Source: an uncultured Actinomycetes bacterium
Lineage (GTDB): Bacteria > Actinomycetota > Acidimicrobiia > IMCC26256 > PALSA-610
Direction of reading: 5' to 3'
NCBI GenBank assembly: GCA_963701825.1
Contig: CAVPBG010000002.1
Location: forward strand, 731,669-795,668
Length of the DNA: 64,000 nt
The notes below the pieces were generated by a model. It worked only from the letters and a program-made list of their open reading frames with translations, did no database searches and was not told the DNA's origin. Positions 47,357-55,592 of the stretch are shown here, in pieces. The position numbers were made by a program, and so were the translations under genes. Within the stretch, counting starts at the first letter, position 1, and every line of letters begins with the position of its first letter.

Positions 47357-48349
47357 TCAGTGACCGTGCGCCCGGGCCGACACCGAGCGCACGACCGCAC
47401 GCCCGATCGTGTCGGTGGCGCGGCCGAGCGTCGAAAGGTTCGGCCGTAGCCGCACGCCCCAGAGCGCATCGCGTACGGCGGCCCGGCGCCGACCGCCCGC
47501 GAGATGGTTGGCGGCGTTGCCCAAGGCGTAGTCGGAGAGCACGATGCGCGCCGCGGCGCGCGCCCACTCCCGGGTCGGCGGGTCGTCGACGCGGGCCACG
47601 TTGATCTCGATCGCGCGTAACACGTCACGGACGTACTCCGACGATTGTTGGACCAGCGCGCTGTCGGACGCGCCGTGCCGGCGGTAGTACGCGTGCGGCT
47701 GCGCGACCCATCCGATCGGGCCCGCAGTGCTGAGGCGTGTCCACATCTCCCAGTCGTTGGCGTGCACGAGCGTGGGGTCGAAGCCCCCCACGGCCTCGTA
47801 GGCCCAGCGCGCGACGGCCGTCGAGGCGAAGTTGCACGGATGCCGGGCCGCGATCGTCGCCGTCGGATCGTGCAACAGCTCGTCATCGACGGATACGACC
47901 GGTGAGACACCGAACCATTCGCCGCGCTCGTCGATCCAGATCGCCTGGCCTCCGACCGCGGCGCACTCTGGGTGGCGGTCGATCACGCCGCGGTAACTCT
48001 CGTAGAAGTCGGGTTGCACCGCATCGTCCGCGTGCAGGATGTGGACCCACGATCCGGTCGCGCGGCGCACACACTCGGTGAAGTTGGCGGGCGCGCCGAG
48101 ATTGCGCGAGTTCGTGTGGAACTGCACCCGAGGTGCGAAGCGTCCCGCGAGCGCCGTGACGTCGGCCGCGTCGCCGTCGTTCACAACCTCGATCTGCATG
48201 TCGGACGGGCCGATCCCGGCGGCGAGGACGCTCTCGATCGCGACGCGCAACAATTCGGGATCGGTCCGATAGGTCGGGATCATCACCGACCAGAACGGTC
48301 GCGCGACGTCGTCGGGGACAGCGGCGATGATCGGGAGCCCGGCACTCAT
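47357..48349 (-). CDS. family 2 glycosyltransferase (GT-A fold)
   Basis: The ATG at 48349 gives MSAGLPIIAAVPDDVARPFWSVMIPTYRTD. VVNDGD and ILHADD (DxD) are present. An ATGA overlap joins it to the upstream gene. The N-terminal 293 aa of the 623-aa track ORF are spurious. Confidence 0.85.
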   Translation of the reverse strand: MSAGLPIIAAVPDDVARPFWSVMIPTYRTDPELLRVAIESVLAAGIGPSDMQIEVVNDGDAADVTALAGRFAPRVQFHTNSRNLGAPANFTECVRRATGSWVHILHADDAVQPDFYESYRGVIDRHPECAAVGGQAIWIDERGEWFGVSPVVSVDDELLHDPTATIAARHPCNFASTAVARWAYEAVGGFDPTLVHANDWEMWTRLSTAGPIGWVAQPHAYYRRHGASDSALVQQSSEYVRDVLRAIEINVARVDDPPTREWARAAARIVLSDYALGNAANHLAGGRRRAAVRDALWGVRLRPNLSTLGRATDTIGRAVVRSVSARAHGH

Positions 48350-49620
48350 GCGGGCCGCCCCAGGGCGAGACCGTCGCGCACGGAGTCGGCGATGCCCTGG
48401 AATCGCCACCGGCCGTAGCGGCCGATCGGGTGCACGGACCGCTTGACGAGTCGCCTGCACGCGTCGGCGACCCACGTCGAGTCCGGGCGGCACCACGTGT
48501 ACGCCACCTCGATCCACGTGGCATCGACGACATCGATCTCGCCGATGTATCCGATCTCCCGAAGCTCGGCGAGCGCGGCCGCGACGTACGCAGACTCGGC
48601 GTCGGCTGACGGACGCGCGCCGGCGGGATACGCGCGCTCGACGTACAGCGCGACGCGAGCGCGGCCGCCGCGCCCGGCCGGGAGAAAGCAGCGGTCGACG
48701 TTGCTGTAGAAGCCGACGCGATGAAAGCCCGATGCCGAAACCGGAACGTAGACCCACTGCGCGTCGGGGCACCGCGGGCCGCGCTCGGCGCCGATGTTCA
48801 CGACGAGCACCGAGGTGTACGGATCGGCCGGAACGTCGACCGTCGTTCCCGAGAGACGCAGCGTGTCGGTGAGCGGCAGCGTCGAGACGAGAGTGTCGTA
48901 GCCGAGCACGCGGCCGTCGGCGCACGTCACGAGCTTCTCGGCGGTCGAGATCGACACCACGCGCGCTTCGTACTCGACGCGGTTGCACTGCTCTGCGAGG
49001 GCGCGGGTCATGGCGTCGAGGCCGGCGCGCGGGTAGCGGAACGACGCGTTGTAGCCCGCGGTCGCGGCACCGACCCCGGGCGACTTGTAGCCGTCTTGCG
49101 GCGCCACCGCACGATAAAGACCCGCGGTGTACAGCTCGTGGAAAGGGAAGAAGAACGCGTCGCAGAGTGTCGGACCGAACTGGGTGAGCAGCCAGTCCCG
49201 CAACGTGCGCGCCGCTGACGCGTGACACTTCGGCTCGGCCGCGAGCAGCGCCACGATCTCGGGGCCGAGATCGCCGACGTGATGCTGTATCGGGAACGGC
49301 ACGAGGAGGTCGCGGTCGAGGAAGTGGACGGCCGAATCGCGCTCGTACGACGTGAGCGGGCTGCAGGCGTCGAGCAACGCGAGTACTTCGCGATCACCGC
49401 CGAAGATCCAATGCCCGCCGCCCCGCTCGAAGCGGTAGCCGTCGACCGAATAGGAACGGCTCAAGCCGCCGGGGCCCGACTCCGCTTCGAGGACCAATCC
49501 GCCGGTCGCGAGTCCGGCGGCGAGACCGGTGACGCCGCCGCCCAGGATCACGGTCGCCAACGCGGCCTCAGAACCGAATCGGCTTCGGGAACGCTTCTTC
49601 CACGATGTCGCGGTACTCAT
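48346..49620 (-). CDS. FAD/NAD(P)-binding oxidoreductase (amine-oxidase / UDP-galactopyranose-mutase-like fold)
   Basis: ATVILGGGVTGLAAGLA dinucleotide-binding motif, about 400 aa. A more likely start is the TTG at 49560 (MATVILGGG), 8 nt after the upstream stop. The coordinate given here is the longest ORF. Confidence 0.8.
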   Translation of the reverse strand: MSTATSWKKRSRSRFGSEAALATVILGGGVTGLAAGLATGGLVLEAESGPGGLSRSYSVDGYRFERGGGHWIFGGDREVLALLDACSPLTSYERDSAVHFLDRDLLVPFPIQHHVGDLGPEIVALLAAEPKCHASAARTLRDWLLTQFGPTLCDAFFFPFHELYTAGLYRAVAPQDGYKSPGVGAATAGYNASFRYPRAGLDAMTRALAEQCNRVEYEARVVSISTAEKLVTCADGRVLGYDTLVSTLPLTDTLRLSGTTVDVPADPYTSVLVVNIGAERGPRCPDAQWVYVPVSASGFHRVGFYSNVDRCFLPAGRGGRARVALYVERAYPAGARPSADAESAYVAAALAELREIGYIGEIDVVDATWIEVAYTWCRPDSTWVADACRRLVKRSVHPIGRYGRWRFQGIADSVRDGLALGRPA

Positions 49621-50425
49621 GGATCTGGCGAGCCGGCAAGCGGAACGGCGTCTTCGTGTCGTGGTCGTACCGTGCGAACAGCTTCAGGTAACGCTCGACG
49701 TAATCGCGGTCGCGATCGTCCATGAGCGGCTCGCACTCCGGGATGACGATGCTGTGATAGCGGATCAGCCAGGCGATGTGATCGGGCACATGCTCGACGA
49801 GCCGGCTGTAGCCGAACTCATCGTGATTCCACTGCAGGGTCGCGTGGTCGAGACCGATGGCGGGTGTGGGTGTCGTCGTCGGCGTCGGAGGGATCGGTCG
49901 CGTCATGCACACGACATTGGCCGGGTCTTCACCGAACAGGAGCAAGACCTTGCCGATGTCGTGCACGAGCGCCGCGAGCACGAGGTCGGGATCGGTGACG
50001 CGGTCGTGCTCCATCGCGTCGAGCATCTGCAACACGTGAAATTGTTGGCTCGCGCCGAAGAGGCGCCCGTCGCTGGGATCGATGCACTGCGCGAGGAGCT
50101 CGACGAGCTCCCAGACCCGGACGTCGCCCAAAACGGGTGCTTCGTACTTGTGCCGCAGCCTGGCCACGGTCTCGGCGTCTTGACGCTCGTGCCGGTCCTC
50201 GATGACCTGCGCCCGCTCGAAGTACGCAGTCATCTGTTCGGCGATCGCGGTCGGTACGCGCGACTCAGGGTGCGGATCGAGCGCCGAGTCGGACGGCAGC
50301 CGGCGCAATTCGTATCCTCGACGCGTCAACGCCGACCGGAGCGCTTCCTTGGCGCGGTTGCGGGACCGGCTCGCGTACTCCACGCGCGCAGTCTCGCACA
50401 TGGTGTGACGGGGCGTCCGCGCCAC
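49568..50425 (-). CDS. inositol oxygenase (MIOX)-like HD-domain di-iron oxygenase family protein
   Basis: LVHDIGK, LQWNHDEFGY, LIRYHS and RYDHDTK match the MIOX ligand-bearing motifs (LHDLGK, WGHDEY, IRFHS, KYDLY). The start is uncertain, with alternatives downstream. Confidence 0.8.
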   Translation of the reverse strand: MARTPRHTMCETARVEYASRSRNRAKEALRSALTRRGYELRRLPSDSALDPHPESRVPTAIAEQMTAYFERAQVIEDRHERQDAETVARLRHKYEAPVLGDVRVWELVELLAQCIDPSDGRLFGASQQFHVLQMLDAMEHDRVTDPDLVLAALVHDIGKVLLLFGEDPANVVCMTRPIPPTPTTTPTPAIGLDHATLQWNHDEFGYSRLVEHVPDHIAWLIRYHSIVIPECEPLMDDRDRDYVERYLKLFARYDHDTKTPFRLPARQIHEYRDIVEEAFPKPIRF

Positions 50426-50441
50426 TCGCTAGGGTCGGAAC

Positions 50442-51872
50442 ATGGCCGGATCTGGCGACGCGATCGTGATCCCGAATCTGCTCCGGGCGCGTTCGAGCGA
50501 CGAGTACGCGCCGCTGCCGTGGTCGGCCGCCGACCGAGAAGCGATCGCACGTTTCGGCATGGCGACGGCAGTTGTCGCACCGCGACTGTCGCAGTCGGCC
50601 GGTGAGTATGCCGTCGACCGCCGCGGAACCGCGGCGTCATTGCGGGCGATCGACGCCGCGCACGGCGGCGGCTTCTACGCGGTACCGGCTGCGGCCGTCG
50701 ACGATCTGGAAGCGGCCGAGTCGACCTTCGCGGGCCGCGGTCCCGTCGTCGACGTGCAGACCCATCTCGTCGATCCCGCGCGCTGGACCGGCCCGGGCGC
50801 CGACGCGCTCGCGGGCTTCCTGCGCATGGCCGATCCCGACCGTTGGAGCGACGCGATCGACCCGACCACGATCGACGGCGCGGCGTGGGCCGCGTGCGTG
50901 TTCGGTGCGTCGGAGACCGCGGTGGCGTTGCTGACGTCGACGCCCGGCCGCGCGGACGTCAACGTGTTGACCAATCGTCAGATCGCGGCGGCGCGCGACG
51001 TCGTCGAGCGTTATGCGGGAACGGGCCGGGTTCTGACGCACACGATCGTGCACCCCAATCTCGGCCCGAGCGAGCTCGACGCGATGGTCGATTGGAGTGC
51101 CACGCTGCGACCTTCGGGATGGAAGTGCTACACGCTGTGGGGACCGCCGACGAAGGCCTCGCCCACCGGCGGTTGGTTCTTCGACGACGAAGAGGTCGGG
51201 TTCCCGTTCCTCGAGCGCGTGCGGGCGCTCGGCCCGCGCGTCGTCGCAACGCACAAGGGGATCGGCGGCCCGATTCCCGAAGCGTCGGTCGCGGCTGCGT
51301 CGCCGCGCGACATCGGCCCGGCCGCGGCGGCCTTCCCCGACATCACGTTCGTCGTGTACCACTCCGGCTACGAGCGGAATCCGCACGGGCAGGAGGGCGC
51401 CTACGACCCGGAAGCGACGACACCGGCCGCGGAACTGCAGGGCGTCGACCGGCTCGTGCGCAGCCTGGCCGATGCGGGAATCGGTCAGCACGGCAACGTG
51501 TACGCCGAGCTCGGCACGACGTGGTTCTTGATGTTGCGCCGACCGGCGGAAGCGGCGCACGTACTCGGGAAGCTGCTGGTGGCGCTGGGCCCGGAACGCA
51601 TCGTCTGGGGTACGGATTGTGCGTGGTACGGATCGCCGCAGCCGTTGATCGACGCGTTCCGAGCCTTCGTGATCCCCGAGGAGATGCAGGCCCGCTTCGG
51701 GTACCCGGCTCTCACCGCGGCGATGAAGGAGCGCATCCTCAGCGCCAACGCGCAGGAGCTGTACGGCTGTGTCGCGGAGCCGCGCGTCGACGGCATCTGG
51801 GCCGCGAACGCGGGCGCTGAACTGCGCCGGGCGATCGCGGGGGCCGAGCTTGCGCCCGGCGCCCCGAACTGA
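50442..51872 (+). CDS. amidohydrolase family (TIM-barrel metal-dependent hydrolase) protein
   Basis: 476 aa, intact. VDVQTHLVDP (HxH-like), VVATHKGI, VVYHSG and IVWGTDC (the Asp of strand 8) are present. Confidence 0.8.
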   Translation: MAGSGDAIVIPNLLRARSSDEYAPLPWSAADREAIARFGMATAVVAPRLSQSAGEYAVDRRGTAASLRAIDAAHGGGFYAVPAAAVDDLEAAESTFAGRGPVVDVQTHLVDPARWTGPGADALAGFLRMADPDRWSDAIDPTTIDGAAWAACVFGASETAVALLTSTPGRADVNVLTNRQIAAARDVVERYAGTGRVLTHTIVHPNLGPSELDAMVDWSATLRPSGWKCYTLWGPPTKASPTGGWFFDDEEVGFPFLERVRALGPRVVATHKGIGGPIPEASVAAASPRDIGPAAAAFPDITFVVYHSGYERNPHGQEGAYDPEATTPAAELQGVDRLVRSLADAGIGQHGNVYAELGTTWFLMLRRPAEAAHVLGKLLVALGPERIVWGTDCAWYGSPQPLIDAFRAFVIPEEMQARFGYPALTAAMKERILSANAQELYGCVAEPRVDGIWAANAGAELRRAIAGAELAPGAPN

Positions 51873-52705
51873 CAACGATTCCGTCATCCCGACCATTCGC
51901 CGCGAACGGCATCGACCTCTACTACGAGCGCAGTGGGAGCGGTCCGCGCCTGCTGTTCCTCAACGGCTCCGGTTCGACGCTCGCCGGTTCCGCGCTCTTG
52001 ATCGCGCCGATCGCCAAGCGCTTCGATCTTCTCGCGCACGATCAGCGCGGTCTCGGTCGCACCGAGATCCCGCCCGGCCCGTATTCGATGGCGGACTATG
52101 CCGCCGACGCGCGGGCGCTGCTCGATGCAGTCGGCTGGGAACGGTGCCGGGTTGTCGGGGTGAGCTTCGGTGGGATGGTCGCGCAGGAGCTCGCGGTGAC
52201 CGCGCCCGAACGGGTCGAGCGGTTGGCGTTGTGTTGCACCTCGCCCGGCGGCGCGGGTGGCGCGTCCTATCCGCTCCAGGATCTTGCCCTGCTCCCGGCG
52301 GCGGAGCGAGCCGAGCTCGGGGTTCGGCTGCTCGACACGCGCTTCGACGCCGACTGGCTCGCGTCGCATCCCGCCGACCGCGGGCTGGCCGAGATGATGG
52401 CGGCGCGCCGGGCCGACGCCGACAAGAACGCGGAAGAGCTCCGCGGTGAGGCCGAACAGCTGCGGTCTCGGGCGCGACACGACGTGACCGACCGGCTCGG
52501 GCGCATCAGCTGCCCGACCCTCGTCGCCTGCGGCAAGTACGACGGCATCGCGCCGGTCGCGAACAGCGAAGCGATCGCGGCTCGGGTGCCGCACGCCGAG
52601 CTCCGCACGTACGAAGGCGGCCACGCGTTCTTCGCCCAGGACGCACGCGCGTTTCCCGACATCCTCGACTTCCTGGCGATCGACTCGGAGTCGGCGCGCC
52701 GGTGA
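51850..52705 (+). pseudogene. alpha/beta hydrolase; apparent frameshift at extreme 5' end
   Basis: ANGIDLYYERSGSGPRLLFLNGSGS...GVSFGGMVA (GxSxG) and a C-terminal GGHAFF are present. The conserved N-terminus has no in-frame start. A TTG at 51850 in the -1 register (..DSVIPTI) joins via a net +1 shift near 51898. The start assignment is tentative. Confidence 0.7.
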
Positions 52706-53493
52706 CGGGCTCCGAAGGCCCCCCGCTCGAGTACCTCCAGTCGTTCGACGGCCGGCGCATCGCGTACACGGTTTCCGGTCAGGGACCCGACGTGCTGCTC
52801 GTCCACGGATTCGCATCGGACCACACCGGCAATTGGGTGCGTCCCGGCATCTTCGACGCGCTCCTCGCAACGGGCCGGCGCGTCATCGCCTACGACGCCC
52901 GCGGTCACGGCGCGTCGGATCATCCCCACGAGGTCGACGCGTACGAGCACAACGCGATGGTGCGTGACGCACAGGTATTGCTCGACCGGCTCGCGGTGAC
53001 CCTGGTCGACGTCGTCGGCTACTCGATGGGCGCGATCGTCTCCTCGCGTCTCGTTCCCCACGAACCGCGCGCCCGATCGCTCGTGTTGGGTGGCATCGGT
53101 GGCCGCCTGGCGCGCGGCCGCGGTGCAGACCGGCGGGCGCGCACCGCGGCCGCGTTGGAGAAGCGCGCCGCGGCCGCGATCGACGGGCCCGCGGACAGAC
53201 CGATCGATCGCGCCTTTCGCCGTTTCGCGGAGCGGAGCGGGAACGATCTGCAAGCGTTGGCCGCAGTGCAACGCGCGGCCGCCGCAGGAACGCCCGGCGA
53301 CTTCCGATCGATCCGGGTTCCGACGCTCGTGGTGGCGGGCGCCGACGATCGCCTGGCCGGTTCACCGCCGGAGCTCGCCGCTCTCATTCCCGGCGCGGAG
53401 TCGCGGGTGATCGCGGGTAATCACCTCACTGCGGTCGGACCCGGACTCGCCGCGGCGATCGTCGCGTTCCTCGCGCGTGTCTCGCCCGTCTGA
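52702..53493 (+). CDS. alpha/beta hydrolase
   Basis: LLVHGFASD and GYSMGA (GxSxG) are present, as is a C-terminal GNHL. It overlaps the previous gene by 4 nt. Intact. Confidence 0.85.
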   Translation: MTGSEGPPLEYLQSFDGRRIAYTVSGQGPDVLLVHGFASDHTGNWVRPGIFDALLATGRRVIAYDARGHGASDHPHEVDAYEHNAMVRDAQVLLDRLAVTLVDVVGYSMGAIVSSRLVPHEPRARSLVLGGIGGRLARGRGADRRARTAAALEKRAAAAIDGPADRPIDRAFRRFAERSGNDLQALAAVQRAAAAGTPGDFRSIRVPTLVVAGADDRLAGSPPELAALIPGAESRVIAGNHLTAVGPGLAAAIVAFLARVSPV

Positions 53494-53497
53494 CTGA

Positions 53498-53869
53498 TCA
53501 GTCCGCGTCGAGGAGCGCGACCAGCTTCGGCGGCGCGACACACGTGTACGCGTCGACGAGGATCTGTTCGATCTCCTTCCAGTCGACCTTGCGGTCGATG
53601 CGCACGCCGATCCAGCCGCGGTGCCCGACGTACGCGGGCACGTAGAAGCGGTCGGGTTCCTCGTCGACCAGCTGGCCCTGCACGCCGGGCGGCGCCGCGC
53701 AGACAAGCCCGAGCCGCTGGTCGTTGTGGTGGTTGTCCCACACGGTCGCGAAGGTCTTCTTGTCGCGGATGAAGAACGTCGGGGCGCCGTGGCTCAGCCG
53801 CTCGTTCACCTCCGGAAAGCGCAGGCAGAGGTCTCGTACGGCCTGGATCGGATCACGCGGGGCGGCCAT
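53498..53869 (-). CDS. MmcQ/YjbR family DNA-binding protein
   Basis: The ATG at 53869 gives MAAPRDPIQAVRDLCLRFPEVNERLSHGAPTFFIRDKKTFA, a typical YjbR pattern. 123 aa. Confidence 0.8.
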   Translation of the reverse strand: MAAPRDPIQAVRDLCLRFPEVNERLSHGAPTFFIRDKKTFATVWDNHHNDQRLGLVCAAPPGVQGQLVDEEPDRFYVPAYVGHRGWIGVRIDRKVDWKEIEQILVDAYTCVAPPKLVALLDAD

Positions 53870-53960
53870 CGCACCATTTTGCCTTCCCGGCGGCTTCGAC
53901 CGCGAGTGCGGTGGCGGTGGCGGCGGGAAACCGGTGTCGCGGGCATAGGTTGGCCCGCAC

Positions 53961-54728
53961 ATGGCAACCGAGAGTGGTTCAACTGCGCGCGGCCGGGTGC
54001 GGGTCGAGCCCGGCGCCAAGCGGGTCCGGGTGTACGTGGCGGGCGTCGCGATCGCCGACACGCTCCACCCGCTGTACGTGTGGGAGGCGCCCTTTTACCC
54101 CGCGTACTACGTGCCCGCGGCCGACGTCCGCACCGATCTGCTGGTCGCCACATCGACCGTCACGCATTCGCCGAGCCGCGGTGACGCGGTTCACTTCACG
54201 GTGACGGTCGCCGGGATCGAGAGAGTCGATGCCGCGTGGCAATACCGCGAGTCGCCGATCGAGGAGTTGCGCGATCACATCCGCTTCGACTGGGACGCGA
54301 TGGACGCGTGGTTCGAAGAGGACGAAGAGGTGTTCACCCACCCGCGGAGTCCGTACGTGCGCATCGACATCCTGCCGACGTCGCGCCCGGTTCGCGTCGA
54401 AGCGAACGGCGTCGTGCTCGCCGACTCGCCCCGCGCGCTCGTGCTGTTCGAGACAGGACTACCGCCGCGTTGGTACATCCCGAAGGTCGACGTGCGCATG
54501 GATCTCCTCGACCACACCGACGAGGTGAGCCACTGTCCGTACAAGGGGCAGGCCGAGTACTGGTCGGCGCGGGTCGGCAGCACGGTGGAGGAGAACATCG
54601 TGTGGTCGTACCGGACACCGCTGCCCGAGAGCCGGCGCGTGGCCGGGTACCTTGCCTTCTTCGACGAGCGCGTCGACATCTTCGTCGACGGCGTGCGTCA
54701 GGAACGGCCGAAGACGCGATTCAGCTGA
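53961..54728 (+). CDS. DUF427 domain-containing protein (two DUF427 repeats)
   Basis: RVRV..G..IADT and CPYKGQAEYWS signatures are present. The domain is duplicated (..THSPSRGDAVHF and ..SHCPYKGQAEYW). Confidence 0.85.
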   Translation: MATESGSTARGRVRVEPGAKRVRVYVAGVAIADTLHPLYVWEAPFYPAYYVPAADVRTDLLVATSTVTHSPSRGDAVHFTVTVAGIERVDAAWQYRESPIEELRDHIRFDWDAMDAWFEEDEEVFTHPRSPYVRIDILPTSRPVRVEANGVVLADSPRALVLFETGLPPRWYIPKVDVRMDLLDHTDEVSHCPYKGQAEYWSARVGSTVEENIVWSYRTPLPESRRVAGYLAFFDERVDIFVDGVRQERPKTRFS

Positions 54729-54738
54729 GGGGGCAACC

Positions 54739-55563
54739 GTGAGGTTCGGTTTGGACATCGCACAGCAGCGCATGCCGTGGAGCGAAGTCGCGGGGCGCGC
54801 CCAGTTCGCCGACGGGCTCGGCTTCGACGGGATCTGGGGCTTCGACCACTTCCAACCGATGTACGGCGACGGGCCGGGCGAATGCTTCGAAGGCATGACC
54901 ACGCTCGCGGCCTGGAGCGGTATCACCGAGAACGTCCGGCTGGGCCTGCTGATCGCGGGCATGACGTATCGCCACCCCGCGGTCTACGCCGCAGAGGCGA
55001 TCACGATCGATCACGCTTCCGGCGGTCGGCTCGAGCTCGCGTACGGCGCGGCGTGGTTCGACAAAGAGCACGTCGAGCTCGGCATTCCGTTCCCGGCGTT
55101 GAAGGAACGCATCGATGCATTCGAGGAGGCGGTGCAGATCGTGCGCGGTCTGCTCACCACCGACGGATTCACGTTCGACGGCGAACACTTCCAGGTGCAC
55201 GACGCGACCCTCCGGCCCCGGCCGGTGCAACAGCCGCATCCGCCGATCTGGATCGGCGCGTCGGGCGAGAAGCGCATGATGCCGATCGCGGCGCGCTACG
55301 CCGATGTGTGGCACTCCTGGGGCACGCCCGAATCGATGACCAAGAAGTCGAAACGGATGACCGCCCACGCGGAGGCCGCGGGGCGCGATCCGGCCGAGAT
55401 CGCGCGGGCGTCGTCACTGTCGCTCGAGGACGATCTCGACACCATCGCGACGAACATCGAGGCGTGGGAGAGGGCCGGGATCGGGTACCTCGTGTGCGGC
55501 TGGCCGCCCGAGGGCCGCACCACCGTCGAGCAGTTCGCCCGGCGTTTTCTCAGCGCCCCCTGA
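54739..55563 (+). CDS. LLM-class F420-dependent oxidoreductase
   Basis: The GTG at 54739 (RBS GAGGGGG) gives MRFGLDIAQQRMPWSEV...GFDGIWGFDHF. The TIM-barrel luciferase-like pattern continues to the end. Confidence 0.85.
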   Translation: MRFGLDIAQQRMPWSEVAGRAQFADGLGFDGIWGFDHFQPMYGDGPGECFEGMTTLAAWSGITENVRLGLLIAGMTYRHPAVYAAEAITIDHASGGRLELAYGAAWFDKEHVELGIPFPALKERIDAFEEAVQIVRGLLTTDGFTFDGEHFQVHDATLRPRPVQQPHPPIWIGASGEKRMMPIAARYADVWHSWGTPESMTKKSKRMTAHAEAAGRDPAEIARASSLSLEDDLDTIATNIEAWERAGIGYLVCGWPPEGRTTVEQFARRFLSAP

Positions 55564-55592
55564 GGAGACGACCCGGCTGTTAGCGTCGCCCC

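Noticed and set aside
45838-49228. 690-aa (45838..47910 -) ORF and the N-terminal 293 aa of the 623-aa (47357..49228 -) ORF
   Set aside because: The first runs antisense to the Cys-rich/propeller gene. The second is real only from the ATG at 48349 (GT2). Upstream it reads the FAD-oxidoreductase gene out of frame.
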